Assembly: GCA_963783575.1 (NCBI GenBank)
Contig: CAWAOD010000005.1
Span: 320,001-384,000 of the forward strand
Reading direction: 5' to 3'
Length of the DNA stretch: 64,000 nt
DNA from: an uncultured Spirochaetota bacterium
Lineage (GTDB): Bacteria; Spirochaetota; Brevinematia; Brevinematales; JAOACQ01
Shown piece after piece: positions 21,093 through 31,269 of this stretch; position 1 is the first letter of the stretch; each line of letters opens with the position of its first letter. The notes beneath the pieces are model-generated. The model saw only the letters and a list, made by a program, of their open reading frames with translations. It was not told the DNA's origin and did no database searches. The position numbers and the translations under genes were made by a program.

Positions 21093-23621
21093 GTGATGGC
21101 AATGGAAATTATTGAAATTTCTCATGGCTGGTTATTTTCAGAGAAGGGTTCGGACGAATGGTTTCCCGCTCAAGTTCCGGGATGCGTTCATACCGATTTA
21201 TTGCTTAATAAAAAAATCGGTGATCCGTTTTACCGCATGAACGAGAAAGATCTTCAATGGATTGATAAAACCTGCTGGATATATAAGACAAATTTTAGAA
21301 TTGACGCCGTCTTGATGAATAAAAAGAATATAAGGCTGGACTTTAAAGGATTGGACACTTGTGCCTTTGTTTACCTGAACGGTGAATTGCTTTTCAAAGC
21401 AGACAATATGTTCAGGGAATGGAAAGCCGGTTGTAAAGGTTTCATCAAATCCGGTGATAATGAGTTGAAAATAGAATTCAGGCCGCCGGCGGAGATCGGT
21501 TTTGAGAAACTTCAAAGACTTGGTTTTCAGCCGCCGGCTGTGAACGATCAATCGGAAAATGGCGGAATGGGTGAAAACAGGATAAGCGTTTTTATCCGAA
21601 AGGCTCCGTATCATTTTGGCTGGGATTGGGGTCCAAGGCTTGTTACATCAGGGATCTGGCGGCCTATTTACCTCGAAGCCTGGGATGATGCGGTTATTGA
21701 AAATGCTTTCTATTTTGTTGAAAAAATAGAAAAACACAAAGCCATCATTTTTGCCGAATTCGAAATTCATTCATCGAAAATTCGAAATTTTGTTATAGAA
21801 ATTACCGATCTTAATAACAAGAAAATTTTGGTAGAAAAGACGGTTCATATTAAAAAAGGTGAAAATAAAATAAAATTAAGTTTTGAGATGGATAACCCAA
21901 TACTGTGGTGGATTAATGGCTTGGGCGATCCTTACTTGTATATTTTAAAAACTGAACTTAAAGTTGATGGAAAAACTATTGATGAAAAAACCGTTCCATT
22001 CGGTATAAGGACTGTGAAAGTTGTTCAAAAATCCGATCAGGCAGGCAGGGGATTTTATTTTGAGTTAAACGGGGTTCCCGTCTTTATGAAAGGGGCGAAT
22101 TATATTCCAAATGACAGTTTCCCATCACGTGTACCTGAGGAAAAGTATGAAAAGATCATTCAATCTGCCAAAGATGTGAATATGAATATGCTCCGTGTCT
22201 GGGGCGGTGGTATTTATGAAAACGATATTTTCTATGATTTATGCGACAGGAAAGGCATCCTGGTCTGGCATGATTTTATGTTTGCCTGCTCTATGTACCC
22301 GCTTGACAATGAATTTGAAAACAATATCAGGCAGGAATTCATTGATAATATAAAGAGGCTGAGGAACCATACCTGCATAGCCATCTGGTGCGGAAATAAC
22401 GAGATACAGAATGCCTGGGGCGAGGGAGACGAAAAAGCCGGATGGGGATGGAAACAGAAATTCAGTAAAAGTCAGCGCAAGTTTTTATGGGAGAGTTATT
22501 ACAAAAATTTTTATAAAATCCTGCCGGAAGTTTTGAAAGAACTTGATAACGGCAGGTATTACCGGCCTTCATCCCCAATCGCTGATTATTACGGCTATGA
22601 CGGGAAAACAGGCCTGATTTCCGGCGACAATCATTATTGGGCGGTATGGCACAACCGGGAACCTTTTGAGAAATATGCGGAAAACACCGGCAGGTTTATG
22701 AGCGAATACGGGTTTCAATCATACCCGGAAATCAAATCGGTCAAGAATTTCGTCATTCCTGAAGATTTTTCGGTTGATTCGGAAGTTATGTCGGCGCATC
22801 AGCGCAATGGAAAAGGGAATGAGATTATCAGGCAGTATATGGAGCGTTATTATAAAATGCCTGAGGATTTCAAATCAATCCTTTATTTAAGCCAGGTACT
22901 TCAGGCCGAGGGAATCAAAACGGGGGTGGAAGCTCATCGTTCTAAAATGCCTGTCTGTATGGGCTCTCTGTACTGGCAGTTAAATGACTGCTGGCCCGCG
23001 GCAAGCTGGTCATCAATTGACTATTACGGGCGCTGGAAAGCCCTCCATTATTTTATGAAAAAAGCCTTTGGAAAGTTTTTAGTATGTGCTTTTATGAATA
23101 CTGGAAATATTGAGATATTTATTATCTCAGATAATTTGACCCTTATTAATGCCGTTCTTGAAGTTAAATTTTTTGATTTCAGTGGGATCATTTTAAAAGA
23201 TATTTCATCAAAAATAACAGTTAAACCGAATTCTTCGGAAAAAGTTCTTGAAATCGGTAAAGCTGATTTTCCTGAAAATTTAAATCCTCAAAATTCTCTT
23301 TTGGTTATGGAATTAATTGATGGTAAAAACATTTTAACGGATAATATCTGTTACTTTTTACCTGTAAAGGAATTGATGCTGATCAAACCTTTAATTAATA
23401 CCATTATTGAAAATACTGATAAAGGCTATATTATTAAACTGGAGACCGATTATCTTGCAAAAAATGTATATCTGTCTTTCGAGAAAAATGACGGTTTTTT
23501 CTCGGACAACTATTTCGATTTAATCCCGGGCAGGAAAACCGGAATAACATTTACACCTGATGCAAAACTATTACAAATAAATGATAAGTTGAAAATAATG
23601 TCAATTGCGGATATTTATTAA
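21093..23621 (+). CDS. Beta-mannosidase, glycoside hydrolase family 2
   Basis: FGWDWGP, KGANYIP, LRVWGGG, WCGNNE, SEYGFQS and YWQLND motifs. Confidence 0.93.
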   Translation: MMAMEIIEISHGWLFSEKGSDEWFPAQVPGCVHTDLLLNKKIGDPFYRMNEKDLQWIDKTCWIYKTNFRIDAVLMNKKNIRLDFKGLDTCAFVYLNGELLFKADNMFREWKAGCKGFIKSGDNELKIEFRPPAEIGFEKLQRLGFQPPAVNDQSENGGMGENRISVFIRKAPYHFGWDWGPRLVTSGIWRPIYLEAWDDAVIENAFYFVEKIEKHKAIIFAEFEIHSSKIRNFVIEITDLNNKKILVEKTVHIKKGENKIKLSFEMDNPILWWINGLGDPYLYILKTELKVDGKTIDEKTVPFGIRTVKVVQKSDQAGRGFYFELNGVPVFMKGANYIPNDSFPSRVPEEKYEKIIQSAKDVNMNMLRVWGGGIYENDIFYDLCDRKGILVWHDFMFACSMYPLDNEFENNIRQEFIDNIKRLRNHTCIAIWCGNNEIQNAWGEGDEKAGWGWKQKFSKSQRKFLWESYYKNFYKILPEVLKELDNGRYYRPSSPIADYYGYDGKTGLISGDNHYWAVWHNREPFEKYAENTGRFMSEYGFQSYPEIKSVKNFVIPEDFSVDSEVMSAHQRNGKGNEIIRQYMERYYKMPEDFKSILYLSQVLQAEGIKTGVEAHRSKMPVCMGSLYWQLNDCWPAASWSSIDYYGRWKALHYFMKKAFGKFLVCAFMNTGNIEIFIISDNLTLINAVLEVKFFDFSGIILKDISSKITVKPNSSEKVLEIGKADFPENLNPQNSLLVMELIDGKNILTDNICYFLPVKELMLIKPLINTIIENTDKGYIIKLETDYLAKNVYLSFEKNDGFFSDNYFDLIPGRKTGITFTPDAKLLQINDKLKIMSIADIY

Positions 23622-23716
23622 AAACAGATATTTTTTTATTATAATTTCATTTTTAATTAATAAGAGCGGTACTATATTATATGCATTGCCTCCTATTCAG
23701 CCATGATCCTACCTAT

Positions 23717-23751
23717 AAAAAAAGGGACGCCACAAAGCGCCCCTTTTTTTT
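23717..23751. terminator. Bidirectional terminator between convergent genes
   Basis: A-tract, GGGACGC-loop-GCGCCC hairpin, T-tract. Confidence 0.65.
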
Positions 23752-25057
23752 AGAACATTGTCCCAAGAATCAAATCTTTAGCACCTGTTTTCTCATCTGT
23801 TACTTTCAGTAGATTTTCAAGGTATTGCCCGGCTTCATCCAGCTTTTGACTTTCATTATAATGGATTGTATAAATCACATCTGAAATGTTTACATAATCA
23901 CCGGTTTTCTTCAGAAAAGTAAACCCGACAGCCGGATCTACCTTATCCTCCTGTTTGAGCCTGCCTCCGCCCAGCATTACAAGCGCTTTTCCAAGTCCGA
24001 GTGGATCGATGGATTCAAGAAAACCTTCGCGTTCTGCTTTAATTTCTTTTGTGTACTTTGACTTTGGCATTTTTTTTGTATCAACTATGGTTTTTGTATC
24101 TCCTCCCTGGCTTTCTACAACTTCCAGGAATTTTTTCATTGCCGAACCGTTATTAAGAACTTCCCGGATTTTCAATCTGCCGTCATTAATATCTTTAACA
24201 CGGTCAAAACGTTTCAGCAGAAGCGAACCTTCAATTTCAACAAGTTCGTTGATCTGAGGAATATATTTGCCTTTTAGCACGTCGATTGATTCCTCAATTT
24301 CCAATGAATTGCCGATTTTATAACCAAGAGGTTCATCCATTCTTGAGAAAATAATACAAACTTTCATGCCGAAGGTTTCACCTATGCTTTTCATCGTTTC
24401 GGCAAGCTCTTTTGCGGATTTAAAATCTTTCATGAAAGCCCCTTTTCCAACCTTCACGTCAAGAACAAGCCCTTTTATTCCTTCTGCAAGCTTTTTGCTC
24501 ATAATGCTTGATGCTATGAGAGGGATTGACTCAACGGTTGCAGTTACATCCCGTAGAGCATAAAGCTTTTTGTCCAGCGGCGCTATTTCGGGAGTCTGCC
24601 CTATAAGCGCGCAGCCTATCCGTTCAGTTTGTTTCTTAAATTCATGTAAAGAAAGATTTACTGAAAAACCGGGTATGGATTCCAGTTTATCGAGAGTGCC
24701 TCCCGTATGTCCCAATCCTCTGCCTGATATCATGGGAACATAAAAGCCCAGAGAGGCAAGAGCCGGAGCGAGGGGGATTGAAATCTTGTCCCCTACACCT
24801 CCTGTACTGTGTTTATCGGCAATTATACCGTTAAGACCGGAAAAATCCATTATAGTTCCCGAATTCAGCATTTTTTCTGTCCATACGGACAGTTCTTCTC
24901 TATCGAGCCCATTGAAATAAACAGCCATAAGCATAGCAGACATCTGGTAGTCCCTGACATCTCCGTTCATATAACTGTTAAGGAAAAAGTTGATATCTTT
25001 ACCGGAAAGCTTTAAACCGTTTCTTTTATCGGCTATGATGTCGGAAAAAAGACGCAT
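23750..25057 (-). CDS. pdp: Pyrimidine-nucleoside/thymidine phosphorylase
   Basis: DKHSTGGVGDK, SGRGLGHTGGTLDKLE and SIMSKK motifs. Confidence 0.93.
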   Translation of the reverse strand: MRLFSDIIADKRNGLKLSGKDINFFLNSYMNGDVRDYQMSAMLMAVYFNGLDREELSVWTEKMLNSGTIMDFSGLNGIIADKHSTGGVGDKISIPLAPALASLGFYVPMISGRGLGHTGGTLDKLESIPGFSVNLSLHEFKKQTERIGCALIGQTPEIAPLDKKLYALRDVTATVESIPLIASSIMSKKLAEGIKGLVLDVKVGKGAFMKDFKSAKELAETMKSIGETFGMKVCIIFSRMDEPLGYKIGNSLEIEESIDVLKGKYIPQINELVEIEGSLLLKRFDRVKDINDGRLKIREVLNNGSAMKKFLEVVESQGGDTKTIVDTKKMPKSKYTKEIKAEREGFLESIDPLGLGKALVMLGGGRLKQEDKVDPAVGFTFLKKTGDYVNISDVIYTIHYNESQKLDEAGQYLENLLKVTDEKTGAKDLILGTMF

Positions 25058-25079
25058 TAATTTCTCCTGAAGATATTAT

Positions 25080-25556
25080 TTATTTCCATTTTTCGAGATT
25101 TATTCCAAGTTCCTTTGGCCCGAAAGCATATGGCAAGAGCTCATTTATGCCTGTGATACCGATTTTTGTCATTCCGGTATTTGACAGTATGATTTCCAGA
25201 TCAAAGCCCGATAACTGAGAGGCTTCGTAGAGCATCTGGCGGCAAGACCCGCAAGGAGCTGTAAAATCATCGCTTTTCGGTTCTTTATCAGTCCTTGCTA
25301 TAATAGCGATCGATTTAATTGATCGAATACCCATGGAATTAGCCCGGCATAATGCCGCTCTTTCCGCGCAGATACTAGATCCGTAAGCCGAATTCTCAAT
25401 GTTTGCACCGGTTATAATACTTCCGCTTGAAGCAAGTACCGCGGCGCCGACATAAAAGTGAGAATAAGGGTTATAAGCGTTTTCCATAGTTTCCTTTGCT
25501 GCTTTCAGAAGATCTTTTTGAATCTTAGAAAGATCCTCATACTTGATTATTTTCAT
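25080..25556 (-). CDS. cdd: Cytidine deaminase
   Basis: AYNPYSHFYVGAA, CAERAAL and PCGSCRQ motifs. Confidence 0.95.
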   Translation of the reverse strand: MKIIKYEDLSKIQKDLLKAAKETMENAYNPYSHFYVGAAVLASSGSIITGANIENSAYGSSICAERAALCRANSMGIRSIKSIAIIARTDKEPKSDDFTAPCGSCRQMLYEASQLSGFDLEIILSNTGMTKIGITGINELLPYAFGPKELGINLEKWK

Positions 25557-25604
25557 ATTGCCTCTAAATTAATAATAAATTAAAATTCTAAATTTGGTTT
25601 GAAA

Positions 25605-25754
25605 TATGGGCAGTTCTAAAATCTTCTTTAAACTACACTTTTTATCCAATGGAACTGCCCATGAAGTTTTTGTAAGTGTATATGAAAGAAGAACAAAAAC
25701 TTCATCATTAATTTAACAGGCACTTCTAAAAATGAGTTTTTAGAAGTGCCCATA
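25605..25754. repeat. About 150-bp MITE-like dispersed repeat, copy 2 (inverted relative to copy 1)
   Basis: Termini TATGGGCAGTTC and GAAGTGCCCATA; body aligns with the reverse complement of 14250-14394. Confidence 0.75.
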
Positions 25755-25778
25755 TTATAACTTTTATTTTTAGATATC

Positions 25779-25853
25779 AAAACTTTTGCAAACTAAACGA
25801 TTCTATATTTGGTAAGTCGAAAGTCGGTTAGTCGGTTAGTTTGCAAAAGTTTT
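25779..25853. repeat. 18-bp perfect inverted repeat enclosing AGTCGGTT-type short repeats
   Basis: AAAACTTTTGCAAACTAA ... TTAGTTTGCAAAAGTTTT. Confidence 0.7.
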
Positions 25854-25933
25854 ATTTGTAGTTTCACTTGAAAATTGTTATAATTTCCATTATCTTTCAG
25901 TCATATGAAAGTATACCAGGTTTAGAGGTTATA

Positions 25934-28157
25934 ATGCTTATTTATTCGTTTGTGTTTTTTCTCGCTTTTATCATTTATATCGAAATGGGTATTTATATTT
26001 TTCATCTCAATCCGAGATCGAAGCTTAATATCTGGTTTTTCATAATGTGCATTGTATTTGCGGTTTGGACAATGGATAATGTTTTGTTTCATATTATAAA
26101 AGATAAAGATAGAATCCTGTTATATCATAAAATATTTTCTTTCAGCTGGTGTATATTTCCGGGTATTGTTCTTCAATTGGTTTTAATATTGACTGGCAGG
26201 GATAAATTACTAAAAAAATGGTGGTTTTATTTTATCCTTTATCTGCCTGGAATTTTCATCGCTATTGAAGAGATTAATGGAGTATCCATTGTAAAGGAAT
26301 TTACCCCGAGTAATTTTGGGTGGAAAGCAGTTTATAACTTAAAATCATATCTTTACTGGATGTATGAATTTTATTATGTTATCTGCTTATTGGCAAGTAT
26401 CATAATTACCTGGAGATGGGGACAGATTACAGTTGATCCCCGTGAAAAGAAACAAGCCAATGTATTTAATATCTGCAGCAGTATAACTTTTATTTTGGGT
26501 TTCACTGCCGAAACAATACTACCCATCTTGAATATTCGATTTATACCGCCTATGGCAACGGTTTTTATGCTGCTTCTGATGTTTGGCACTTGGTATGCTA
26601 TAGCAAAATACAGGTTTTTAGCGGTTACGCCGTCATTTGCCGCCGATGAAATAGTATCCAATATGATGGATATAATGTTGATTTTGAATCCCGACAGCAG
26701 AATAACATCGGTAAATCAGAGAGCTTCTTGAATTAATAGGATACCGGGAAAATGAAATTAATGGAAAATCATTTTCAGATCTGATTATTGAAAAAAATGA
26801 TTTTGATTCGGAATTAACAAAAATTCAAGCGAGGAATAGTTATAAATCATTGATCAAATTAAATTTTATTACTAAAAAATACTCATATATTCCTGTCGGA
26901 GCTTCAATATCAAGAATAAATAATAAAGACGGCGATATTGCCGGAATATTAATCGTTGGGGAAGATCTTACACTGGCGAATCGGCTTCAGCTTGAAATTT
27001 CGGAAAAAGAGCAGATCGGTGATTTATTAAAGGGAGAGAAAGCTAATTTTTATTTAATGATGCAGAATGCTCCATATGGGGTTATGTATGTTGATAATCA
27101 TAGAGATGTACAGTATATAAATCCTCATTTTACAAATATCACAGGCTATACGACCGATGATATCGGCAGTCTTGATGACTGGTTTATCAGGGCACTGCCC
27201 GATACCATATATCGTAAGGAAATTTTGAATCATTGGGAAAAGGATATGGATTTTGAAGGAATTATCAGCAGGTCTTTCAGTTTAACAAGCAAAAGTGGAG
27301 AGTTGAAAGAAATAGAATTTAAAACGTCCTATTTGGATAAGAACAGGACAATAATAACTTTGCTGGATGTCACGGACAAGCAAAGAGCGGAGGAAGAAAT
27401 CAGGAATGCTAAAAATATGCTTGAAGTCCGTGTAACGGAACGTACGGCCGAACTGGAAAAGATTAACCGGGTTTTGATCGATGAAATAAAAGAAAGGAAA
27501 AAAGTTGAGAATAGGTTAAACATTTCATTGCATGAAAAAGAAATTTTATTAAAAGAGATACATCATAGAGTGAAAAACAACCTTCAGATAATTTCAAGCT
27601 TACTGGCGCTTCAATCAAATTATATAAACGATCCGCAAATCCTTGAGATTTTTAAGGAAAGCCAGAACCGGATTAAGACAATAGCTTTGATCCATGAAAA
27701 TTTATACCAATCTCCCGATCTTTCAAGAATCAATATGATGGAATACATTAATAATCTTGTGGCCGATTTACTCTATTCATATTGTGCAAATACGGATAAA
27801 ATTAAAACTACTATTCAAACAGATGATATATCTCTTAATATTGAAACAGCAATGCCCTGCAGCCTTGTCTTAAATGAGCTGCTGACAAATAGTATAAAGC
27901 ATGCCTTTCCGGATAACAGGAACGGAATGATTACAGTCAGGTTTAAATCGGAAATTGGAAATCAGATTAATATGGAAGTCAGCGATAACGGTATCGGCTT
28001 ACCTGAACAATTTTCGGTTAATAAAACAAAATCTCTCGGATTAAAGCTTGTCAAAAATCTAACAAAGCAGTTAAACGGTAAATTGAATATAAATAGTGAG
28101 GGCGGAACTGCCGTTAAAATAATATTTAAAGAATTAATATATCAGGATAGAGGATAA
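25934..28157 (+). pseudogene. 7TM-PAS sensor histidine kinase (HisKA_2 type), +1 frameshift near 26727
   Basis: 7TM domain then PAS start ...VNQRAS*; removing one T gives ELIGYRENEINGKSF in frame with ORF 26850-28157 (EIHHRVKNNLQ, NELLTNSIKHAF, DNGIG). Could be an assembly indel. Confidence 0.8.
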
Positions 28158-28187
28158 GTCTATCAAATTATCTATTAGAGGTTTTAT

Positions 28188-29201
28188 ATGAAAGAAGCCG
28201 GATATTATTCCAGAATTGAGGAAAATAAGGTGGAGTGCCACCTTTGTCCGCATAACTGCATTATTAAAAGCGGCAATTCAGGTATTTGCGGAGCAAGGAA
28301 AAATTTTGACGGAATATTGAACAGTTTGAATTACGGGGTTATTTCAAGTATGTCTTTGGACCCGATTGAAAAGAAACCTCTTTACCATTTCTATCCGGGT
28401 TCACAAATACTTTCAATCGGTACGGTAGGATGCAACCTGCACTGTCTTTTCTGCCAGAATTATAATATTTCAAGATATTTTGACGAATCCGATCTTATAC
28501 CGATGGAAAATTATAAACCTTCTGATATCCTGGATGAACTTAAAAAAAGAAACCGGAACTCCCCGGGGACATTTTTTTCAGGCGTTGCTTACACATATTC
28601 CGAGCCTCTTGTCTGGATTGAATTTGTTTATGAGACTTCCAGGCTATTGAAGGAAAACGGTTATCAAAATGTTCTGGTTACAAACGGGTATGTAAATCCC
28701 GAACCGTTGAAAGATCTTCTGCCATATATATCGGCTGCAAATATCGATTTGAAGGCATTTACGGAAGAGAATTACAAAAAACTCGGAGGAAAGCTTAAAC
28801 CGGTTCTTGATACGATAACGGCTTTCAAAAATGCAGGAGTTCACATCGAACTCACAACTCTTGTAGTTACAAAATTTAATGATAATCCGGATGAGCTTGA
28901 ATCCCTTGTAAAATGGATTGCAGGACTGGATAAAAAAATTCCGCTACATCTTTCACGGTATTTCCCGCAGTATAAATACAAAGAACCACCTACTGACAGT
29001 AAATTGCTAGAAAATATCCGCAAGATGGCTGAAAGTTACCTGAGTTATGTTTATCTTGGCAATACAGGCAGCGACTCTGACACACTCTGCCCGACATGCA
29101 GAAGTACGCTGGTCGAAAGGCAGGGGTATCATACAAGGATAAAAGGAATTATGGATAAAAAATGCAGGGAATGTGGAAATAAAACCGATATAATTCAATG
29201 A
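28188..29201 (+). CDS. amrS: AmmeMemoRadiSam system radical SAM enzyme
   Basis: CHLCPHNC...GICGAR, DPIEKKPLYHF, CNLHCLFCQN, YTYSEP and YVYLGN motifs. Confidence 0.9.
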   Translation: MKEAGYYSRIEENKVECHLCPHNCIIKSGNSGICGARKNFDGILNSLNYGVISSMSLDPIEKKPLYHFYPGSQILSIGTVGCNLHCLFCQNYNISRYFDESDLIPMENYKPSDILDELKKRNRNSPGTFFSGVAYTYSEPLVWIEFVYETSRLLKENGYQNVLVTNGYVNPEPLKDLLPYISAANIDLKAFTEENYKKLGGKLKPVLDTITAFKNAGVHIELTTLVVTKFNDNPDELESLVKWIAGLDKKIPLHLSRYFPQYKYKEPPTDSKLLENIRKMAESYLSYVYLGNTGSDSDTLCPTCRSTLVERQGYHTRIKGIMDKKCRECGNKTDIIQ

Positions 29202-29872
29202 CCCATTTTTTTCATAACTTCATGTACTAATTCCGCTGTAATTCCCCAGATTGTGCCCTTTTCCGTACGGTAGGCAAAAATACGGTAAAGCCTGCCTCCC
29301 CAGGGTTTTTCATAGTTTTCCGGAAGGCCAAGTTCTTTGACCGGTAAAAGCAGAATATTTTTTCCGTTTTCATCAATGCAGGAAGGCTGAACTTCAAGGC
29401 GGACTTTATATTCTTCAAGATTTTTTTCGTAGAAGAATGAAACCGGCAGTAAAAAAGCTTCTTCCACCTCGCTTTTACGTATATTAAGCTCAGAAATATC
29501 ATCAATAATGAGTTTGCCGATAAAAGCATCCACTACCACCCCCATCGGCGTGATCAATGTATCAAGCCTTCCGGCAATTACAATTTTATTTTTTTCAACA
29601 CCCAATTCTTCAATGGTTTCCCTTATCGCCGTTTTTTTGTATGATGGCCCATATCTGTCAATATCAAGTTTCGGATCTATCTTTCCGCCGGGAAAACAGA
29701 TTTCGCCTTTCTGGCGGATACTCTCGGACCGCTTTTGAAACAGAAAATGGTACTCCCCTGTTTTCCATACAAGCGGAATGAATACCCCGCTGTTAAAGAA
29801 TCTTTCCCTGCCTAAAAGACCAGGTTTGTGTGGTAATATTTTCTTTAAATTCTCAAAATCTTTTTGATCCAT
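29195..29872 (-). CDS. Nudix hydrolase, CoA pyrophosphatase-like
   Basis: GEICFPGG...AIRETIEELG and IWGITA motifs. Confidence 0.88.
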   Translation of the reverse strand: MDQKDFENLKKILPHKPGLLGRERFFNSGVFIPLVWKTGEYHFLFQKRSESIRQKGEICFPGGKIDPKLDIDRYGPSYKKTAIRETIEELGVEKNKIVIAGRLDTLITPMGVVVDAFIGKLIIDDISELNIRKSEVEEAFLLPVSFFYEKNLEEYKVRLEVQPSCIDENGKNILLLPVKELGLPENYEKPWGGRLYRIFAYRTEKGTIWGITAELVHEVMKKMGH

Positions 29873-29886
29873 TCAGGTTTCCATAA

Positions 29887-31098
29887 TTAAATTTGTTCAG
29901 CATACTTTTCAATCGAGTTCTTTAATATTTTTAACCCTTCTTCCATTTCCATCTTTGTGATGTTAAGCGCCGGAAAGATCCTTATAACTTTTCCCTGCGT
30001 CAGGTTGAGTATCAATCCCTTTCCCAGGCATTCAATATATATTTTTTCTGCAATATCTTTTTTGAAGAATTCCATCGCTATCAACAAACCTTTTCCCCTT
30101 ATAGAAAAGATTGTTCCGGGATATTTATTCATCCAGTTGTTTAACAGATTGAAAGTTAATGTACTTATTGAGTTTACATTATCCCATATCTTTTGTTCAA
30201 TCATATATTTAATCACTGCAAAGCTTACTGCGCAGCCAAGAGGATTTCCGACGTATGTACCGCCATGATCCCCTTTTTCCAGTCTTGAAGAAATTTCCTC
30301 AGTTATTGCAAAAGCCGCGAATGGAAATCCTCCGGCAATGCCTTTTGCCATTGTGAGTATATCAACCCTGACATTATCCCTAATTGAACAAAATGCCGGA
30401 CCGGTTCTCCAGAAACCCGTTTGAATTTCATCAATAATCAGGTATGCATGGTTTTTTATGCAAAGTTCGGATACTTTTTCAATATAATTATCCCCCGGGA
30501 CGTTAATTCCTCCCTCGCCCTGAATCGGCTCAAGAATAACAGCTGCAGTATCGTTTTTTATCTGTTTTGCTATAGTATCAATATCATTATAAGGAACAAA
30601 ACTAAAGTCAGGCATTAGAGGCTTGAATTTTTTAAGAACACTTGACTGCCCTGTTGCGGAAATTGTACCGATTGTTCTTCCATGGAAGCTTAATTCCGTA
30701 GATATTATATTTAGCTTGCCGGAGGCCTTCCTGGCTAATTTAATTGCTGCGTCATTAGCCTCGGCGCCGCTGTTTGTAAAAAAGATTCTGCTAAGATAAG
30801 GCGGTAATATCCCGGAAAGAAGTTCCAGCAGTCTTGCCCTTGCGGGTGAATAAGTGTTTCCGGAATTCGGGTTCTGAATAATCTTTTTCCCCTGTTCTGA
30901 CAATGCCCTGGTAATAACCGGATTTGCATGCCCGATGCATGTTACCCCCCAGCCTGAGGTAAAATCAAAATATTTTTTTCCATTTTCATCCCAGACATAA
31001 ACGCCTTTTCCTTTAGCAACGGAAATTTTCTTTTTATCCGTCGGAAAAGGCGCAAGGTATTTATCCTCAATTGAGATTGTTTTCATATTTTTATCCAT
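29887..31098 (-). CDS. argD: Acetylornithine aminotransferase-like class III aminotransferase
   Basis: NSGAEAN, FHGRT, EPIQGEGG, DEIQTG, AKGIAGG and HGGTY motifs. Confidence 0.8.
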   Translation of the reverse strand: MDKNMKTISIEDKYLAPFPTDKKKISVAKGKGVYVWDENGKKYFDFTSGWGVTCIGHANPVITRALSEQGKKIIQNPNSGNTYSPARARLLELLSGILPPYLSRIFFTNSGAEANDAAIKLARKASGKLNIISTELSFHGRTIGTISATGQSSVLKKFKPLMPDFSFVPYNDIDTIAKQIKNDTAAVILEPIQGEGGINVPGDNYIEKVSELCIKNHAYLIIDEIQTGFWRTGPAFCSIRDNVRVDILTMAKGIAGGFPFAAFAITEEISSRLEKGDHGGTYVGNPLGCAVSFAVIKYMIEQKIWDNVNSISTLTFNLLNNWMNKYPGTIFSIRGKGLLIAMEFFKKDIAEKIYIECLGKGLILNLTQGKVIRIFPALNITKMEMEEGLKILKNSIEKYAEQI

Positions 31099-31269
31099 AA
31101 TAGCTCCTGATTATTTTTAACGAATTATAATTATAAGTCATTGTGTTTAATAGTCAAAATATTGTTATGAACAGTCTGTAGTTGCGAAAATTTCCTGTTT
31201 ACCCTAAAATTAAATTGATGGTATAAGGTTTATATCTGAAACCATCCATTAATTTTCAAAATTAAATTT

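Noticed and set aside
23600..23700. Small minus-strand ORF after AGGAGG downstream of the pdp terminator
   Set aside because: RBS-ATG spacing is too short and the peptide is low-complexity.
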